NCBI GenBank assembly: GCA_964188305.1
Contig: OZ076903.1
DNA from: Podarcis bocagei
Lineage: Eukaryota
DNA: 64,000 bases
Reading direction: 5' to 3' (one strand)
Part shown: piece after piece, positions 61,237 to 64,000 of the stretch
How the letters are laid out: each line of letters begins with the position of its first letter
Numbering within the stretch: position 1 is the first letter of the stretch
The notes under the pieces: generated by a model
The model's input: only the letters and a program-made list of their open reading frames with translations
What the model was told of the DNA's origin: nothing
Databases searched by the model: none
Program-made: the position numbers and the translations under genes

Positions 61237-61570
61237 GGACGCGGGTGGCGCTGTGGGTTAAACCACAGAACCTAGGACTTGCTGATCAGAAAGTTGGCGG
61301 TTCGAATCCCCGCAACGGGGCGAGCTCCTGTTGCTGGGTCCCTGCTCCTGCCAACCTAGCAGTTCGAAAGCACGTCAAAGTGCAAGTAGATAAATAGGTA
61401 CCGCTCTGGCAGGAAGGTAAACGGCGTTTCCGTGCGCTGCTCTGGTTCGCCAGAAGCGGCTTAGTCATGCTGGCCACATGACCCGGAAGCTGTACGCTGG
61501 CTCCCTTGGCCAATAAAGCGAGGTGAGTCGGTCACGACGGGACTTAATGGTCAGGGTTCCCTTTACCTTT
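61237..61570 (+). mobile_element. Sauria SINE
   Basis: TSD TATATGGAATTAG. Confidence 0.93.
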
Positions 61571-62205
61571 TATATGGAATTAGAAATTCTTTTTCTATAA
61601 ATGATCAAACTCTGGCTCTGCTTTTTTATTTTTTAAAAAAGCACTTGCAATGGTTTCTTTGCTAGTAACCAGAACAATGCTATCAACTCCCTTCTTTCCA
61701 AACGGTATATATTGAAAACCAAACCCATTACTTCACCCACAAATCTGCACAAATTATTACAACACCATCGCCCTAAACAAGGCAGAATGAAGCAATATCA
61801 AGAGGAGTACATTCCCATCATCTTCAAATTGCAGAAGGCTCAGCCCATGAAAGAATGGAGAAATTTGCTAACAGGAGAGGCAGAACTCAAGCGATACTGG
61901 GAATATCTCTAATCTGATGTGGCAATCAACCCGGATAGATAAGGCATAGGGAGTGGCGATCCATGCTTTCCATCATTATCCAAAGTGCTGTCCTGGCCAT
62001 TACATAGCAGAAATTTCATTCTTGGCTAAGTCAAATTTAAAAAATGCAAAAAAATAATGGAGGACAGGCTTTGTTTTTTGTGTCAGTTCTACCAAAGACA
62101 TGGTAAGAGAAAAGAAAAAACCTGGTTAGCCACCCCGTATAGGATGAATGACCTCTGTTAGGACCAAACTCTGCAACCACTGGCCTTGAGGTCCATTTTC
62201 AGCGC

Positions 62206-62240
<35 letters not shown>

Positions 62241-62295
62241 GTTGTTGTTGTTGTTGTTATTTATACCCTGCCCACCACTCTGGGCAGCCTCCAAC
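62206..62295 (-). repeat. (AAT)n(GTT)n microsatellite derived from an L2 3' tail
   Basis: Followed by TTTATACCCTGCCCACCACTCTGGGCAGC, a deleted version of the L2 3' end at 12920-12970. Confidence 0.75.
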
Positions 62296-62299
62296 TGAA

Positions 62300-62627
62300 T
62301 ACCTCTGGTTACGTACTTAATTTGTTCTGGAGGTCCGTTCTTAACCTGAAACTGTTCTTAACCTGAAGCACCACTTTAGCTAATGGGGCCTCCCGCTGCT
62401 GCCGCGCCGTCGTCATGCGATTTCTGTTCTCAACCTGAAGCAAAGTTCTTAACCCGAGGTACTATTTCTGGGTTAGCGGAGTCTGTAACCTGAAGCGTAT
62501 GTAACCCGAGGTACCACTGTATTAAAAACACGATACAGTGGTACTTCAGGTTGCATATGCTTCAGGTTACAGGCGCTTCAGTACTTACACTTAAGTACTC
62601 CTGGGTACTTAACCCGAGGTACCACTG
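62300..62627. mobile_element. Two adjacent family A MITEs (62300-62519 and internally deleted 62536-62627) inside an L2 tail fragment
   Basis: TIRs and body similarity. Confidence 0.8.
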
Positions 62628-62824
62628 TACAGCACCAAACATTAAAAAACTTCCCTAAACAGCCCCACAATCCATGCAGCCCCACAGGTGTAGCAAGTGT
62701 TTCCCACATCCACACAGCCTGAAAAGAGACCTTCGCTTATGATATGTCGCCATTATTCTACATGAGTTTGTCCAGTCGGCTTGAGTGTGTTGGCTGGGTG
62801 ACGGCGAGGTGAGAGAAGCCTTAC

Positions 62825-62909
62825 CATCTCGTAAATAAACGTTTCCTGTCTGCATGCCCGATCGACAGTGATCGTCTCTTTTCGCCTGGTCAGAGCCTTC
62901 TGTCTAATC
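62825..62909 (-). CDS. SNAPC3: SNAPC3 exon (IRQKALTRRKETITVDRACRQETFIYEM); upstream exons lie beyond the window
   Basis: Homology to ETITIDRACRQETFVYEM; 85 bp. Confidence 0.93.
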
Positions 62910-63060
62910 CTATGGAATAAGGGAAGAAAAGGGAGACAGGGAATGACGTATTGGAGTTGTATCTTCCTGGCAGCAGACGACAGAAACTTCAGGCACCTAC
63001 TGAATACCTTTTTATATATTCCAGCAGGCATTTTTAATTGAAATCTGAGTTTAACGTGTA

Positions 63061-63332
63061 CAGTGGTGCCTCGCAAGACGAAATTAATCCGTTCCGCGAG
63101 TCTCTTCGTCTTGCGGTTTTTTTCGTCTTGCGAAGCACGGCTATTAGCGGCTATTAACGGCTTAGCGGCTTTAAGAAAAAGGAAACAAACTCGCAAGAAC
63201 TCGCAAGACGTTTCGTCTTGCGAAGCAAGCCCATAGGGAAATTCGTCTTGCGGAACGACTCAAAAAACGGAAAACTCTTTCGTCTAGCGAGTTTTTCGTC
63301 TTGCGAGGCATTCGTCTTGCGGGGCACCACTG
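63061..63332. mobile_element. TA-MITE family B
   Basis: TIR and TA. Confidence 0.87.
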
Positions 63333-63639
63333 TATTTTTTTTGCCTTTTTCTGTATTGCCTTTCTTGTACGCCACGTATGGGACAACTGTAGTTAATCCC
63401 ACCCGGCAGAAGAAGCCGCCATTTGGTCATTAAATAAAGTTGAGTGTTTCTCAACAGTTAGGAACTGAGACAAACCACTCAGCACCCCCAAGCAAGGCTT
63501 TGACATCCTCTGTCCCAAACAGGAGCCTGCAAATTGCTGGCTGGCGTTTCAAAGCGTTCTCCAAAAGCGACTGTCGTCAGGGAATTAGAATAAAAACCAA
63601 ATAACCAGAAAGTCTTCTATAAGCACCCACAACTCCTTG

Positions 63640-64000
63640 AGCACAGCTAACTAGGCGCCGCAGATCCCTGCCCAGATATGTCATTAAACTGGTTCAGAGT
63701 GGATGGCCAGCATATCTAAGTTATCTGTTGTTGTGTACTTCCTTAGCAAAGTTAATGAAGCATTCTAAACAGGAACAGGAACTCCCGAGAATATGAAAGC
63801 TCTGTGCGCCTGGTTACTTGGCGCAACATCAGCCCGGACTAGAGGATTTAGGGGGGCAAGGAGATGTCGCTGCAATTCATAGAAGTCTGTTCTCTCTCAC
63901 TAGACAACCTCTCTTCTTCACTATCTGAGCAAAGTTGTCTCCCGTGAGATGTTGAAGGAACTCAGGTCCTGGGTGACTTTGAGATCCACGCTGAGGACAT
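63640..64000 (+). mobile_element. Degenerate L2-type endonuclease fragment
   Basis: QP(R)..GG.GDVAAIHR-like and VLGDFEIHAED motifs, parallel to the intact L2 ORF. Confidence 0.55.

Overview
Vertebrate genomic DNA from a squamate reptile, probably a lacertid lizard (inferred from the Sauria/POM-type SINEs). It shows the conserved amniote block CCDC171 (- strand, 5' exons, ~1-11.4 kb), PSIP1/LEDGF-p75 (+ strand, CpG-island promoter ~22.1-23.4 kb, CDS 23075-44046, penultimate exon mostly in a 200-N gap) and SNAPC3 (- strand, last seven coding exons, 49325-62909). Exon boundaries were read by hand from GT/AG sites and phases, and genes were recognised from remembered homologous proteins; no database search was run. 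The window is rich in transposons: about 10 Sauria SINEs, 15+ TA-targeting Tc1/mariner/pogo-type MITEs, hAT MITEs with 8-bp TSDs, L1/CR1/L2/RTE-X fragments, Penelope-type hammerhead remnants and three solo LTRs. Best leads: (1) a young, intact single-ORF L2 LINE whose 5' end is a tandem array of 125-bp GC-box+TATA units and stops where an upstream unit's TATA would start transcription; (2) two dissimilar solo LTRs whose U3 regions encode acidic/Pro-rich then Arg-rich peptides in the same frame relative to the terminal TG; (3) an extra 120-bp PSIP1 exon absent from the human protein as recalled; (4) a SINE flanked by a ~105-bp duplication.
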